From Octopus sinensis (lineage: Eukaryota): a stretch of 64,000 nucleotides of DNA. Every line of letters begins with the position of its first letter. The first letter of the stretch is position 1. The notes under the pieces are model-generated. The model made no database searches. It saw only the letters and a list, made by a program, of their open reading frames with translations, and was not told the DNA's origin. Both the position numbers and the translations under genes were made by a program. Below, in pieces: positions 39,605 through 53,747 of the stretch. The stretch is from assembly GCF_006345805.1 (NCBI RefSeq), contig NW_021836172.1:6197-70196 (forward strand). The letters run 5' to 3'.

Positions 39605-40878
39605 TTGGGTTGGCCAAAAAGTCCGTTGGGTCTTTTTTTTTAGGTGAAAATCAAAACAAAGTAAACAATTGTGAAAAATGTATTTAATCAATACAATAGT
39701 TACCATTTGCTTCTATAACCTTTCGCCACCTGTTGGGTAGATCTTTAATCCCCTGTTCGAAGAATTTAGGTTTTTTATTAGCAAAAAAGTTTCCAACAAA
39801 GTTTTCACGTCTTCATCAGAATTAAACTTTTTGCCATTCAACGATCTGGAGAGTATGGAGGGTGAGGCAAAACTTCCCACTCAAGCTGCAGCAACTTCTG
39901 CCGAGTAATCAAAGCAGTGTGTGGCCTTGCGTTGTCAGGGTGGAAAACAATGCCTTTGCGATTCACCAGTTCTGGCCGTTTTTGGTGAAGAGCCGTGTTT
40001 AATTTATTCAGTTGTTCACAATAAACCTCTGATGGTTTTATTCAAGGGAAGAAGTTCAAAAAAGATAACACCCGTCCAAACCCACCATATCGATAACAGA
40101 AATTTCTTCGGGTGAAGACCTGCTTTGGGTCTACCCACTTTTCATCTCCAATAACACTTCTACTCAAAAGGGGTTCATTGTTTTCCCTTTTTAGTAAAGA
40201 ATCGCAAATGGAAACCCTCTGGACAAGATTTGCTTCTGTCAATTTATGGGGAACCCAAACGTCTGGACAAGATTTGCTTCTGTCAATTTATGGGGAACCC
40301 AAACGTCTGGACAAGATTTGCTTCTGTCAATTTATGGGGAACCCAAACGTCTGGACAAGATTTGCTTCTGTCAATTTATGGGGAACCCAAACGTCAAGTT
40401 TAGAAGCGGAACCAAGTTTATGCAATTTATTTTCCACACTTGTTTTGGATATGGTAAGAATATCTGCGATTTGTCTGGTTGTAAGACTGCAGTCTTGTTT
40501 GACTCCAGCTCTCAGTTGGTCGATGTCAATTTCTTTTTGCCGGCCAGCGCGAGGTGCATCTCTTACTGAAAAATTCCCTGATCGAAATCAAGCAAACCAT
40601 TTCTGGCACACCCGTTCTGGAACAGCATTCTCTCCATACACATTGCATAACTTTCGGCAAGTTTCTGTTGCTTTCTTTCCTTTTCTGAAGTAGAAAAAGC
40701 ATAAGATGCCGATAGTGCTCCGCCCGGTCTTCCATGTCTCGGCTCAAATGCAATCAAACAAGTTGCAATCTCTCTCCTTTGAGGCTTGTTACACACTGAT
40801 GTAACCTTGGTCGTTAGACCGAATACAGTTTCTAAAGAAAAAGAATATCGCTACGAACGGACTTTTTGACCAACCCAA
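39605..40878 (-). mobile_element. Mariner transposon, internally deleted, with TIRs and TA target duplication
   Basis: ta-ttgggttggccaaaaagtccgtt ... aacggactttttgaccaacccaa-ta; WVPHKL, GDEKWV and DNARPH motifs. Confidence 0.93.
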
Positions 40879-41153
40879 TATGATCAGAAGGGTGGAACAG
40901 TATAGAAATAAATAAATAGTTTAATTACTAAAACCATGGTGACTAACTAGACAGGAATATTCAGAGGATAGTATACTAACTCCATATAGTACACTAACTT
41001 ACTATACTATACACATTATATTATATGCAATGTACTTTAATTCATCGTGTAACTGAATATCAACCGATATATATATATAGAGAGAGATAGATAGATAGAT
41101 ATAGATATGTATGTATGTGTGTATTTATGTATGTATGTATGTATGTATGTATG

Positions 41154-41185
<32 letters not shown>

Positions 41186-41208
<23 letters not shown>

Positions 41209-41800
41209 TATTATAAAAGGCAGATTTTATCTGCCTCCCTTTCTCTCTTATAGAAATCTACAATATAAGATTTCTTCAATTACAATTTACCTAGCATTTT
41301 TAAGAGTAGAATGCATCGGGTCGTGCCAGGTACAGTTTTTAAAATTTCAACCCCAATTAAGCAAAATTTCGAGAAAACTCACTTTGTGGTGTGTAAGTGA
41401 AATGTTTTTCTTAGTGTGGGCTAGAGCACACGCACACGCACACACACACACAAACGGAGTGAACTGCCTCACTAATGCTATCACCCTAATTTCTACTACT
41501 TTCTCTTTGCAAGTCTACCTTACAACACTACTCAAAAAAAAGCAGCAAACAGAAACAAATAAATACATAACGATTTACTCCTCACACAATTTCTTCAATT
41601 AGACTTTACCTATGATTTTTCAAAGAACTTCCATTGGGTCATGCCATACAAAATTTCTTTCAATTTCACCCCCAATTAAGACAAAATTCGAGAAAACTCA
41701 ATGTTTTAACATTTCACTTTGATGCCTTTACTCTGCCTATTACTCCCACTTCCTATTTAGACACATAGACACACTAATATATACGACAGTGTCAATTGTT
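41186..41800 (+). mobile_element. Probable Helitron 5' fragment
   Basis: a-TCttattataaaaggcag start inside an AT run, resembling the neighbouring Helitron starts. Confidence 0.4.
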
Positions 41801-42126
41801 GACTAACGTGTGTGTGTGTGCGTGTGTGTCTGTGTGTGTGTGTGTGTGCGTGTGTGTGAGGGTGCGTGTGTGTGTGTGTGTGTGTGTGACAGGGATGACC
41901 CATTCAGACTGGTCATCCTTTTTGCTAGAAGATCACCTATGCTACACCACTGGTTTTCACTTCATATTAATCAAATTAATATTCACAAGAAGAAGGACTA
42001 TTCATTATAACACATCAGTTCCATCGGACAACTGCACAAACATTTGCCATTTTACACATGTATGTAAACAAATTCCTTTCTTAAGAATTTCAATTCATTT
42101 TCTTTTTCAATTCATACAAAGTTATT

Positions 42127-42772
42127 TAGGACGAATATAAGATCTAAAGTATATCCAAGTAACAGAAAGATCGCCCAAAAGTGTATATAGATATTTAAAT
42201 GTATTTATATATTCATCTATACACACATGTATGTATAATGTGTGTGTATATATTTCCATAGAGGTAACCATTCATCCGCACAAAGTTTTTTAGGACGAAA
42301 ATAACATCTAAAGTTATCTCTAAGTAGCAGTCGCCCAAAAGTGTATATAGACACACACATGTATGTATAATGTGTGTGTATATATTTCCATAGAGGTAAC
42401 CATTCACTCCATACAAAGTTATTTAGGACGAATAGGACGAATATAAGATCTAAAGTATATCCAAGTAGAAGAAAGATCGCCCAAAAGTGTATATAGATAT
42501 TTAAATGTATTTATATATTCATCTATACACACATGTATGTATAATGTGTGTGTATATATTTCCATAAAGGTAACCATTCACTCCGCACAAAGTTTTTAGG
42601 ACGAAAATAACATCTAAAGTTATCTCTAAGAAGCAGAAAGATCGCCCAAATGTGTATATATATATTTAAATGTATTTATATATTCATCTATACACACATG
42701 TATGTATAATGTGTGTGTATATATTTCCATAGAGGTAACCATTCACTCCATACAAAGTTTTTTAGGACGAAA
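42127..42772. repeat. About 150-165-bp tandem repeat, 4 units in alternating A/B subtypes
   Basis: ttaggacgaa..cgcccaaaagtgtatatag..gtaaccattca is repeated. Confidence 0.9.
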
Positions 42773-42774
42773 AT

Positions 42775-43618
42775 ATTTATATATAAAAGAAAGGTTGTGT
42801 GTCTGTCTACTCCGATTTAGATTCCTAACTACTCCCACATTTTGCGATGCAGTTTAACCAAAACCGAGTATTTTATAGTCGTGATTCATATCGAGCCCTT
42901 CTGGGTATTAGCGCGCGTCTACGATGAGTCTACGATTTTACAAATAATTTACCATCATTTTTTCCCATTTTAATGCAATTTTTAAAATAAACGGAAGTAA
43001 CTCTCAAACTTCACACCAATATGCGTTCTCATATGCGACGTAATATCACATCAGCAGCATTTCCTCACACCCTCATTGCACTTGGCGAAGGCAAAATACC
43101 AGGAGATGAAAATGATAATATTGCCATCGATTCCATTTGTACCATTGTTAAGACGTCTTCTGATCTCAGAGATGCAGTGTTCCAAGATCTACAAGTTAAT
43201 TATCAGAATATGGATTGGATTGGCAAACAGGCTATACTGGCCCCAAGGAATAAAACTGTTCACCATATTAATGATGAAATGCTAAATCTCATTCCTGGTG
43301 AAGTCTATGTATATCAGTCTATCGATACAACTCCTGACCCAGAGGACGTCATCAACTATCCAATAGAGGTACTCAATTCCTTTGAGCACCCCGGACTACC
43401 ACCACACATTCTCAAACTTACAGTTGGTGCCCCTATAATGCTCATCAGAAATTTGGTTCCCCCAAAACAATGCAATGGCACACGTTTGATCGTTAAGTCC
43501 TTATCTCCCAGCGTAAACTTATATCAATATTTGCCTGAATAATCATCATAATTCAGTGCAATCATTAACAGTACTTTCAAGTAATTCAGCCCCGAGCAAC
43601 GCCGGGCAATTCTGCTAG
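42775..43618 (+). mobile_element. Non-autonomous Helitron with PIF1 helicase fragment
   Basis: ORF 43021-43542: AILAPRN..IN..Y.SID..YP.E.LNS...GLPPH.L.L.VGAPIMLIRNL....CNGTRL; 3' hairpin cccgagcaacgccggg then CTAG-t. Confidence 0.92.
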
Positions 43619-44350
43619 TATATATATAAAAGAGGTTTTGGGTCAAAATTGTGTGCACGTTTTGCTACGTCAGAGGTTGGCGGCCACACCAGTGGTCAGA
43701 TCGAGCTGAAAATTGACACTGTCATAGAAGGCGTGATGAGTTGAGTAGGTTAAAACTAACCATCTGGAAAGATGCGGTTGCTATAGGGAGAAGATTCAAG
43801 GGGGCTCTAAGCCCCTCCTGATTGGCGCGATTGGCATCTAATCCTATCTATAAAATGAAGAAGGCGAATGTAGACACAGATTGGATTTTTATGTAAAAAG
43901 GGGTCTAAATGGGGTTGGAAGGGGATTTATATTTACAGTAGAGGGTAACTTGAGGGGGAAAATTGATTGGGAGACGTTTTGTGGCGCTACAGTGGTTGCT
44001 TTGGTGTGAAAACTGGGATTTTATTGATTTTGGGGCACACTTGGTGGTCTAGATCGGACCCCTTTTGCCCGATTTCAATCAAATTTTCAACAAGGTAAAG
44101 TGGAAGCGGATTTGTAATATAAACGCGAAAATCTAATTTTTTTTATAAATGGCAGAGAAATAGATAGAGAGAGACAAAGAGTAAGAGTAAGTGAGGGAAA
44201 GTCCAAGAGAAAGGAAGAGCAAGAGAGTGGGAAAATGAGAAATGATAGAGAAACAAAGAGGGTGAATGTGGCGATAAGAAACAGAAAGGAAGCAACAGAA
44301 AGTAACAACCACAACCTCATCCGGGCGTAGAGCGGGTGACCTTAAGATAG
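43619..44350 (+). mobile_element. Second non-autonomous Helitron-like element
   Basis: tatataaaagag start and a degenerate GC hairpin (ccgggcgtagagcggg) followed by atag-t. Confidence 0.5.
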
Positions 44351-44389
44351 TATATAGATCAAATTAAGCAACAGAACATCAAGTAATAA

Positions 44390-44475
44390 TGCAGTCTGAA
44401 CGTTTCAAGCAGCTCCATTTAATTGAACAATGCAATCATTACCTTAATTTAAATATAGAACTATCTTCGGCTGTA
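44390..44475 (-). ncRNA. Decayed hammerhead, same family as 38113-38200
   Basis: tacag CCGAAGA tagttc..gagctgctt GAAA cgttcaga ctgca. Confidence 0.4.
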
Positions 44476-45235
44476 CAAAATACAGAATTTTTTTAACAAG
44501 TAGGACACATTGATATAATTTTTCTTCAACATTTTAAGAGAGTAAGAAGTTAGAGGAAATTCATATTATCGTTTTTGTAGCAGAGTGTCTAAGAATAGGC
44601 TACACTTTCTTAGAATCGCATGAGGCATAGTGGATTTTTTATGGTTACCAGGGTTTGTAATTCATTTCTAATTTATTTATCTCTTTATCATCCGATAAAA
44701 CAAAAACTAGATGACTGTGTCTCTTTTGAGTAAAGAACAAAAGTTGTCAGCTCACGGCCTGGTCACAAATAATTTCATAAGTATCCCTTTTCCTCAAGAG
44801 AAAGGAAGTAAGTAAGAGATTGGGAATAGTTAGGTTGATGGAAGTAAGTGTCTTTGAAAATAAAGGCAGGATAGGGGTGGACTAGGAAACATGATGTCCA
44901 TTACCAGTTAAAGGGGCAAGATACTAAGAGACTTAAGATACAAATACAGGGAATTTAGTAGGGTCACGACGGGGGGACGTTTATAAACAGTATTGATATG
45001 ATGCACAAAAATAAAATATAAGAATTCCAAATATCATAAGTAAAATAGCTAAAAGGTGTGCATGTATCTAAGTGTAAAGATAAAATTAAGCGGCAATGTC
45101 GATAAAAATTAGTCAGCAACGCTTGTGCAAAATATTGGGTCCAATAAGACTTGAACCTACACCCTCTCCACCCTATTCAAATGAGACGAACTAAGGTCAA
45201 ATACCCAGTGCCAATAATGGTCGTAGGTTCGCGAA

Positions 45236-45675
45236 TGTGGGAGCACCACGATCTCAAGTGCAAGTGATCCCCAAATTGTTCAATGCTATTGCAGTGACGT
45301 CATCTTGGAAATCTCCAGCACGCATGCGCAGGGTTGGAGTCTTCCGGGAGACCTGTCAGAAGTTTACTCATGCGCATGCGCCAGCAGCTGAACAAGACAG
45401 GCGTGTTTTATCAGCTCTCTCAAGCTGCTACCTCGTGGCGTATCTCCGCTATGCTTGAACGGAGAGGATTTGGCTCACTCCACTTGACTACTGCGATAAG
45501 CTCCTAGGCTGCCGATTCACCCAGAGGAAGAAATGTATATATTGCGAATCAAGAAATAAATATTTATACTGTTGAAGTTAATCGGAATTCTTGACTCTTT
45601 CCTTCGATTAATCGAATTTAATGTAAAGGATGCGAGCTGCACTCATCCAGCGCGGGGACCTCTCATCCTCTTACA
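45236..45675 (+). mobile_element. Possible solo LTR
   Basis: TGTGGGAG...CTCTTACA termini and an internal AATAAA near 45555; GC-richer than the flanks; no TSD seen. Confidence 0.4.
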
Positions 45676-45989
45676 CTATTTTCGGCACATCCAGTTTTAT
45701 AGCGAAATATCGTCTTAGAAACATGCTTTTAAATGTGAAGGTTGCTTCCTTCCCAGTTGGAAGCCCAGAATTTCTGAGGGACATGAACCTAGGTTCTTCT
45801 GTCCTTTTAACAGGTCTTATTTTCAGTTCTGCTGACTTTCTAGGAACACAACCTCCCCAGGCATCACCGAGTTGACGGCAACTAAACCGGTTCACACATA
45901 CACACAGGCATGCATAGATACATACACACACGTACATACATGCATGCATACATACACACACGTACATACATACACAGACGCATGTATGT

Positions 45990-46036
<47 letters not shown>

Positions 46037-46379
46037 CACAAAACATATATACTTTCATATACACATACCTAAACACAAAATCAAAGGGGCAGCGGGTTAA
46101 CATCGATCCAGATTGCCTGTCAATGTCGCATCGTATCCCTTGGGCAACATTTTGTAACCAGCAAGAGTCGAAGTGCATCCCTTGACCCAGTTTGCACATA
46201 TGAGGCTGATAACATCATAGGACTTGGAAGGCAGCTCTTTGAGCAACATTCCTCGTCCGATAACCTTAAATACATGTCCAAAGAAGTCGCACGACTCTAC
46301 TGCAATCTATCATCACATGAATGGATGAGCTGATATGAGCAGAAGACATTGCGTGGATATGTTAGTAGAAAGCTCCAAG

Positions 46380-47140
46380 ATAAGGTGACAGTAACGTTGA
46401 TCCACAAAGCAATCTATCATGGACCAGTGGCGGAATTACTAGCTTCCACTTCGCAGGGTATGTGATTGCAATCCACGAACAGGAAATATCAACCAAATGC
46501 CTGATGGACAAAAGGGAAAGAGATGCAGGGAAAGCAGTAAAATGACAACCGATGCCGACTTCGTAGAGTAAACACCGAAGATATCAACCACATCATAAGC
46601 AGTTGTCCAAAAATGTCATCACAGTATTATCTAGTGTTGAGAAATGATGTTGTATCTAGGAGACCCGATAATAAAAATCCGTCGGAAGTATAACCCTGAG
46701 GAGAAAGAAGAACCCACACTATGGTAGAAGCCATAGCCACTCATAATAAAAAGGAGTACGAGTGGAATGTTTCAGTGAATACCTCAATAAAAAGTAAGAA
46801 GAACGGACCTGATATAATGATCTGGGATAGAAAAGGGAAACCAAACAGTTGTGGAAATTAGCTGCTCAGCGGATGTTAACATAAAGCTGAAGATCAGTGA
46901 AAATGAGAACGCCTATACTGGAGTATTGAGAAATCTGCAGTTACTCTGTCCAGATTACAAATTCAGGTTTATACCTGTAAATATTGGGTCCCTAGGATAT
47001 GAAACGCACTGCCTAAATACCAATTTTGAGAAATTCGGCTTCTCAAAAGAAGAAAAGAGAAAGCGGATTCGAAGAGAATAGATCCAGTCCATCACTGGAA
47101 CTGTAAGAATCTGTAAACTTTCCAGAAGTTTATTATTTAA
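46380..47140 (+). mobile_element. RLE non-LTR retrotransposon 3' remnant (second family)
   Basis: AIHEQEI.TK, CRL..EDINHIISSC, PDIMIWD, EISC and IG.LG. Confidence 0.8.
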
Positions 47141-49066
47141 ATATATATGAGCATGTTAAGATATACAACTATATGCATGAGAATATATACATAAAACATA
47201 CAAATCTGTACACATATACATAAATACAAAAATACTCTGTTGCTGATGTTGAACTTCCTATGAAGGAACCTTAGATCTAGGTTAGAAACCGGCGCTTTCC
47301 CTATTGGAAAGACATCAAGAAATAATATCATGGCATATAAATACGTTGCCATACTCAGTGCCCCGATCCATCATTCAGTGAGATATCCAAGTGCTAGATT
47401 TCTTCTATTGAATATCTTTAGAGCAGAACAAAAAAGATTTCTTTGATATTTGACAAAACTTCAAACATCATTTTTACAAAATCAATAACGTTTCTAAATT
47501 TTTAAAATTTTATTTATAGCATTTATGTTTCACTTTGTTTAGGGATAAACATTTATTGTATTCAAATCAAAATTAAAAGTAATTTTTTGTTTTTCGGATT
47601 TTAAGATTTTTCTTTGAAGTTCTTTAAAGTTTTGATGTAAAATACGATAATTCTACAGAAATATTTCTTTATTTAACAAATTATAACCTAGATTATTGCT
47701 TAAAATACTGTATTTATATGTAATCTATAAAAATATATCAAATATATAGTCGTTTCAAATTTAATATGATGTTTCAGTCATATAATGCCATGCTATAACT
47801 TATAGAAGTCGAAATTTTACAACATTAAAATTAAGTTTATCAAATCGCATAACCAAGTTGTTAAAGACTTTCTAGCCATGGCCTTCTCATATGTATCCAT
47901 TATCTAATATGTCTAATTCACGCAGTTATTTGGATACACCATCGTTGGTTTGTAATAAAGTTTGTTATAATTCCAGACAATGTTCAATAATTCTCTGACA
48001 AATAATATCCGAGATAGAGAGAAAACATATTTCGTGCATTCCACATTAAAATGTTGATGTAGGATAAAGGTGTGGTGAGAGAAAAATATATATCTTGTCA
48101 TGAAATTGTTTGATATTTAAACAGTTCTTGTTTATTTCAACATATATATACAAATTATATTTCCAGAACAATTACATTTATATTCAAAGTTTAATATAAA
48201 AATGAAAATCAGTTTTAAAATTTCGTTGATTGAAAGAAGGAAGATGTCGTTGCAATGTCGGACACAATAACTTGTAGCATTTATTCTCTCTGTACGATCT
48301 GAGATCAAATCCTGGTGCGGCCAACAATGCTTTCTTTTATCTTTCAGGGTGTTGATAAATAGAATAATAATCTAAGGGGGTGAACTTATGGAATATCTAG
48401 ACATTGGCCAAGATGCCTCTCAGCATTTAATCTCTTTTTCATTGGTGTTCTGAGTGCAAATCCCGCTGTGGCCTACCCGTGTAGTAAACTTAACCTAACC
48501 TTTATTCTAACACTACCACTTGGCCCTTGGGGGTCACTTTAGCAGAGGATTTTGTTGTGGTATGTATCCATGTTAGGTATTTTGTGTTGAGGCTATCTTC
48601 CAGCCACCCATCATTCAGAGACACTGAGGAAAAAAGTTGGTTTACAGGCAGGACCCTTCTCACCCTCTCTAAGTGTATAAAATAAGGAAGTTTAGGAAGA
48701 AGAACCGATTAATTTTACTGACATAAAATAGATTTACAAACTTAAATTTCACTTTATTAATAGAAATCCTGTGTAAACTACCAAAAATAATGTATTATCA
48801 AATGAACATTTTCATTCCTTTAGTTTCCCTTAAAGAGTTTTTTCATAGTGATAACCAAACTATGTTTTAGATTTCGGAAATGTAAATAAAAAAGTTTTAC
48901 TTGTGACACTGTTAAATATTTTCCCACTTTTTAGTCGATAAAACACAAAACTAATTCCAATATAAAAGTATATTTATGTTTGAAATAGTTATAATGAATG
49001 TTTTTACAAGGTAAATGTGTTAGGAAATTGTATGTTAATTATAAGAAACATGACAGTAATATTTAC

Positions 49067-49164
49067 CAGAGTTATAATCAGGTTTCAATTTCAGTCTGAA
49101 GTTCTTCTGTCTCAGGAGAGAGTCCCGTCTTTGCAAATCCAGTTCTTTAACTAGGCAAAAGCTT
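49067..49164 (-). CDS. Candidate upstream aGPCR exon (SFCLVKELDLQRRDSLLRQKNFRLKLKPDYNS)
   Basis: cttcacag acceptor and gtaaat donor. The open frame ends in phase 1 and joins the HRM exon in frame, but no motif is recognisable. Confidence 0.3.
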
Positions 49165-49285
49165 CTGTGAAGTTTATTATATACTATACACGGGTGGCGA
49201 TTATGTCCTCATGTATGTGGTTCTATGTTTTAGTGTGTGTACGTGTGTTTGTGTGTTTATGCTGCAGTATGTATATGTTGTAGTG

Positions 49286-49316
<31 letters not shown>

Positions 49317-49761
49317 TAGTCGTTTACATAAGGAAACTAATCTCACAAACTGAATGTTATATTTCTCTCCCCACCCCCCAATTACACTTTCTTTCTTTCT
49401 CTCTCAGATGACGTCAACTCCATCACCGCCACCTCCACCTCTTAAATTGACCTCTTTCTCTACAAACAACATTCAACGCTTCTCATGAATGCTTTTTGAG
49501 GCGTTTTGCTTCCTTCCAGACACACACACACACACACACACAAACACATACACACGTATATATATATATATACATAATTGTAAATATATACGTAATGCAT
49601 ACATACAAACGTTCTTATATATACACATATCCATACACATAAAAACATATATAAACATACATACATACATACACAGACATCTTCAACTCCATCATTTTCG
49701 GAAGATTTATTTCTAAAATCGACTTTTCTCTGTTAAACCTGTTTACACACAAAACCCTCAC

Positions 49762-49803
<42 letters not shown>

Positions 49804-49819
49804 AAACCCTCACAACACA

Positions 49820-49858
<39 letters not shown>

Positions 49859-50050
49859 CCCTCACAACACACACACAAACACGCACACGCACACATACGC
49901 ACGCACACATACGCACGCACACTCATAGTTAATGTTTTGTCCTGTGCTGACCATGATGACTTCCTTGATGCAAAACCTTTGTGGTCAATAAAGAAATCAT
50001 CATCATCATCATCATCATCATAGCCATCATCATCATCGTCATCATCGTCG

Positions 50051-50105
<55 letters not shown>

Positions 50106-50324
50106 TAAAATAAAGCAGCGAGCTGGCAGAGCGTTAGCACGCCGGGCGAAATTCTTAACGGTATTCCGTCCGTCTTTAAGTTCAGAGTTCAAATTCCGTC
50201 AAGATTGACATTGCTTTCATCCTTTCGGGGTCGATAAATGATGTACCAGTTGCGTACTAGGGTCGATGTAATCGACTTTTCGGCTCCCGCCAAGTTTCAG
50301 GTATTGTGTCTATAGGACAAAGGA

Positions 50325-52510
50325 AGGAGAGGTGTGCAGCCTTTCAACAGTTCTTTACTCGACTCTCAGGACGAGTGGTAGGACGCATAGCAGGGCAGAC
50401 TTCGGTGTCCACCTGGTGGGCCTCCCGCGACACTCGGCGAGCGAGGCGGAGGGCTGCGAAAGGCCAATAACAGCCGCAGAAATACAGGAAGCGATGAACA
50501 GTTGCGTGAGAAGCAGATCGCCGGGTTTGGATGCCCTGCGTGCTTTATATTTCGATGCCAGGCTTGTTTTCGCGCCTCCTAGCAGACGTCTACCGCAAGT
50601 GGCAACAAAATGAGAGAATTCCCCACTTTTGTGAATCGATGGGCGTTGGCACTACTGAGGAAGGACCCAAACAAGGAGAACGTTATAGAGAATTTCAGTT
50701 CCATCAGTCTGCTCACTTCAGAGCTGAAGATTTTGGCCAAGGTGTTAGCCAAGAGATCGGCGCTTGTCGTAGACAAGCTGATTGGTGAGGCGCAGATATG
50801 TACCATTCCAACCAGGACTATCCCGACAACCTCTACCTGATGCACTTCATCATAGAAAGGGTGGGTAACGAAACTGACATGGGCAGGGCTCTGATCAATT
50901 TAGATCAAGCTAAAGCCTTCGATAGGGTCGAGCATCAATATTTGGCAGCTGATCTCAAGGCGGCCGGTTTCGGTCCGATTTTCTGCGGTTGGATCGCTGC
51001 TTCGTATAGCGACATCTGCTCGATTGCTTGGGAGAATGGTCACCTAACAGAACCATTCATTGTATTGCGCTCGGTCCGTCAAGGGTGACATCTTTCCTCC
51101 CATTTGTATGTACTGATTCTTGAGCCACTACAGCGGAAGTTGAAGGCATTGAGAGATAACCTGCGTAATCTAGGATATGGGAGAAGCGTGCCTGATTATC
51201 CTGATGATGTCGCCGTGATAGTGTCGAGCCACAGGCACGCAAACCGGATAGGAAACACACTAAAAGCATATGAAGCAGAGACAGGAGCAAAAGTTAATGC
51301 GGAAAACTCAGTTGGCTTGCAACTCGGCACCTGGGGAGGCAAACCCATGTCGTTTAACAGCGTTGTGGGGCACTGGCAGATGGTCCGATGAAATTGCTCA
51401 AAGCCTGGTTCGGTGCAGACCTTATGTGGAGAACAATTGGGACGAAGTGACAAACAGGGTGGCCAATCGCACCCAGAAGTGGGCCGAGAGGAAACTACCC
51501 CTGAAAGGTCGAGCCGAGATGGCGAATGAGTACATCGCATCCGTCATCAACTACCGCTTGACTGTCGTCCCTTGCCTCGTTTTCTGGCTGATCCAGCTAC
51601 TGCACTTACAATTTCGCTTTCTGTGGAAGGGTGGCGTTCAACTGGTCAAGCGCGTCATCTGCTGTCAACGACCGCTGAACAGGAGCCTGGGCATGCCGTG
51701 GCTGCTGATGCGAAGACATGTGCTCAGGCGACGGCTTCTCCAGTGTTACCTTGACGGTAAGCAGGTGTGGTCATTGTTTGTCAGTCACACTTCGACAGCT
51801 CGTCTCTTTGACTGAGCTGCGATCCTGGACCAGGCGTAGACATAGTAGGGTAGCATGCCACCTTGAGTACTGTCAAGCTCTCACAGCCCTTCACCAGGCG
51901 AGGGAAAGTGCGAGGATATTCTCGGGGAAATTCTGGGTTTTGACGGAGATCAATTTACCGGTTTGTTCCGGAGGACTTTCGGGCCGGGGCCTATAGATAA
52001 CACTCAGAAATCCATCACCTAACAATGCCACCCATGGGGCGCTACCCGCTCCAGACAAACTTTACCGGCACGGAAGTGCCGTCAGCCAGGCCTGTCGAGG
52101 TGCGCGCATAGCGACGAAACCGTTCAGCGTGCCCTCATCCAGTGCCCGAGTATTGCTGACCTGTGGGTTTATGCCGAACACCTGTAGTCACGTGTAGGAC
52201 GGGATTGGCTATTAGCTGAATCCCTCGTGAAGATTGCCCCGCCGCCTTCCATTGGTTGGGAGGAACAGGCAACTTTCATGTGTGTGGTGGCTGTAGCAAA
52301 AGAGGTAGTATGGTGGACTCGATTGAAAGAGCTAAAGTTAAACACTTTCCTCTTTGGCCAAGCCCTCATCAACTTTTTCAATTTTCAATTGAAAAGGAAA
52401 GTGAGGGTGGAGAGGGAAGTGTTGCCTTCTAGCAAGTTCATTGAAAGGTGGGTGAATATTGGAAGAATGGTCAGCGTGAAAGGACCTGTTCTGAGAATAC
52501 ACCTGGGAGT
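50325..52510 (+). mobile_element. Tx1/L1-clade LINE ORF2 remnant
   Basis: SPGLD, ISLL.SELKILAKVLA, DQAKAFDRV.H.YL, VRQG, YPDDV and GAKVN, plus C-terminal zinc finger remnants. Confidence 0.9.
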
Positions 52511-52654
52511 ATTATATGGCTTAATTCTTTTTTTTTTTGTATTTCTCCACGCAGAAAACCCTTTGCATCATCTTGTGTTGTCTTTTATGCTATCGCATGC
52601 CCTTTTATATATATTTATATTAGCCCTTGTGTCCAACGAAATAATAAATTATTA

Positions 52655-52713
<59 letters not shown>

Positions 52714-52747
52714 GTTATTATCATTATTATTATTATTATTATTATTA

Positions 52748-52796
<49 letters not shown>

Positions 52797-53101
52797 TAGT
52801 TTTATTTTTATATCGTGCTATCACTTCCCTACCGAGCACAGCTCTGTGTGCCTTGGGTATGTGCTGTGATTTGTTGTGATGCTCTGATGGTTATTGTATG
52901 GAAAGTGTTCTGCGTAGGATGTGTGCAGTGCCTAGTAGTGCAATTTTCTGTATGTTATATGTTTGTAAGTCCTAGTGTTTTTGTTCTGTATTTGTCTGAA
53001 TATTTTTTATCATGCCTAATGCACTTACTATGATAGGAATTGTTTCTGTTTTCAGATTCCACATTCTAGTTACCTCTATTTCCAGGTCTTTGTATTTTGA
53101 G
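52797..53101 (-). mobile_element. R4/Dong-like 3' fragment inserted in (TAA)n
   Basis: KYKDLEIEVTRMWNLKTETIPIIVSALGMIKK..IQKIALLGTAHILRRTLS; (TAT)n on both sides. Confidence 0.88.
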
Positions 53102-53148
<47 letters not shown>

Positions 53149-53159
53149 TATTATTATTA

Positions 53160-53213
<54 letters not shown>

Positions 53214-53430
53214 ATTATCATTATTACTATTATGATTATTATTGACAAATAAAAAGAAGAGTGTCATATCATGTGAAATTGGTTCAACGATATTTCGGTA
53301 TCGAGCGTTGCCTTCCACAGGTTCAAGAATTACATGTGAGTCTAATTCAGTTTTAGTTAAGACTTTATAGGACCAACGTAACTCATCCAGAAGTTATACA
53401 CAAATAATCAGAAGAGTGCCATATCTTCTA

Positions 53431-53470
<40 letters not shown>

Positions 53471-53747
53471 AACACACCGGACGTGTTTTCGAACGCTCCA
53501 AATAAGTTCATTTCAAAATATTTATTTACACCAGGATTTGTGTCTTTTTGCAATGATTATTATATTTCAAGTTGTGAATAGAAGCACCAGGAACGTATTA
53601 CTGGTTTTCTATGGTTGTGTAGCCTCCAGAAGAACTGTTTTCAACCCACCAAATACATTCGGTGGGCGTTAACATTTAATGGAATCAATACAGCTCAAAA
53701 AGATGGCGGGGCGCCTCTTGAAAGAGTTGAAGAAAAGTAAAAAAAAC

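Noticed and set aside
43021-43542. Host PIF1 helicase gene
   Set aside because: Intronless partial domain directly followed by a Helitron hairpin and CTAG.
45671-45885. Minus-strand ORF as a receptor exon
   Set aside because: No recognisable motif or convincing phase link, and it is embedded among repeats.
47253-47300. Hammerhead-like cctatga..aacct..aggtt a gaaa ccgg
   Set aside because: The core has two mismatches, and there is no stem I or cleavage triplet.
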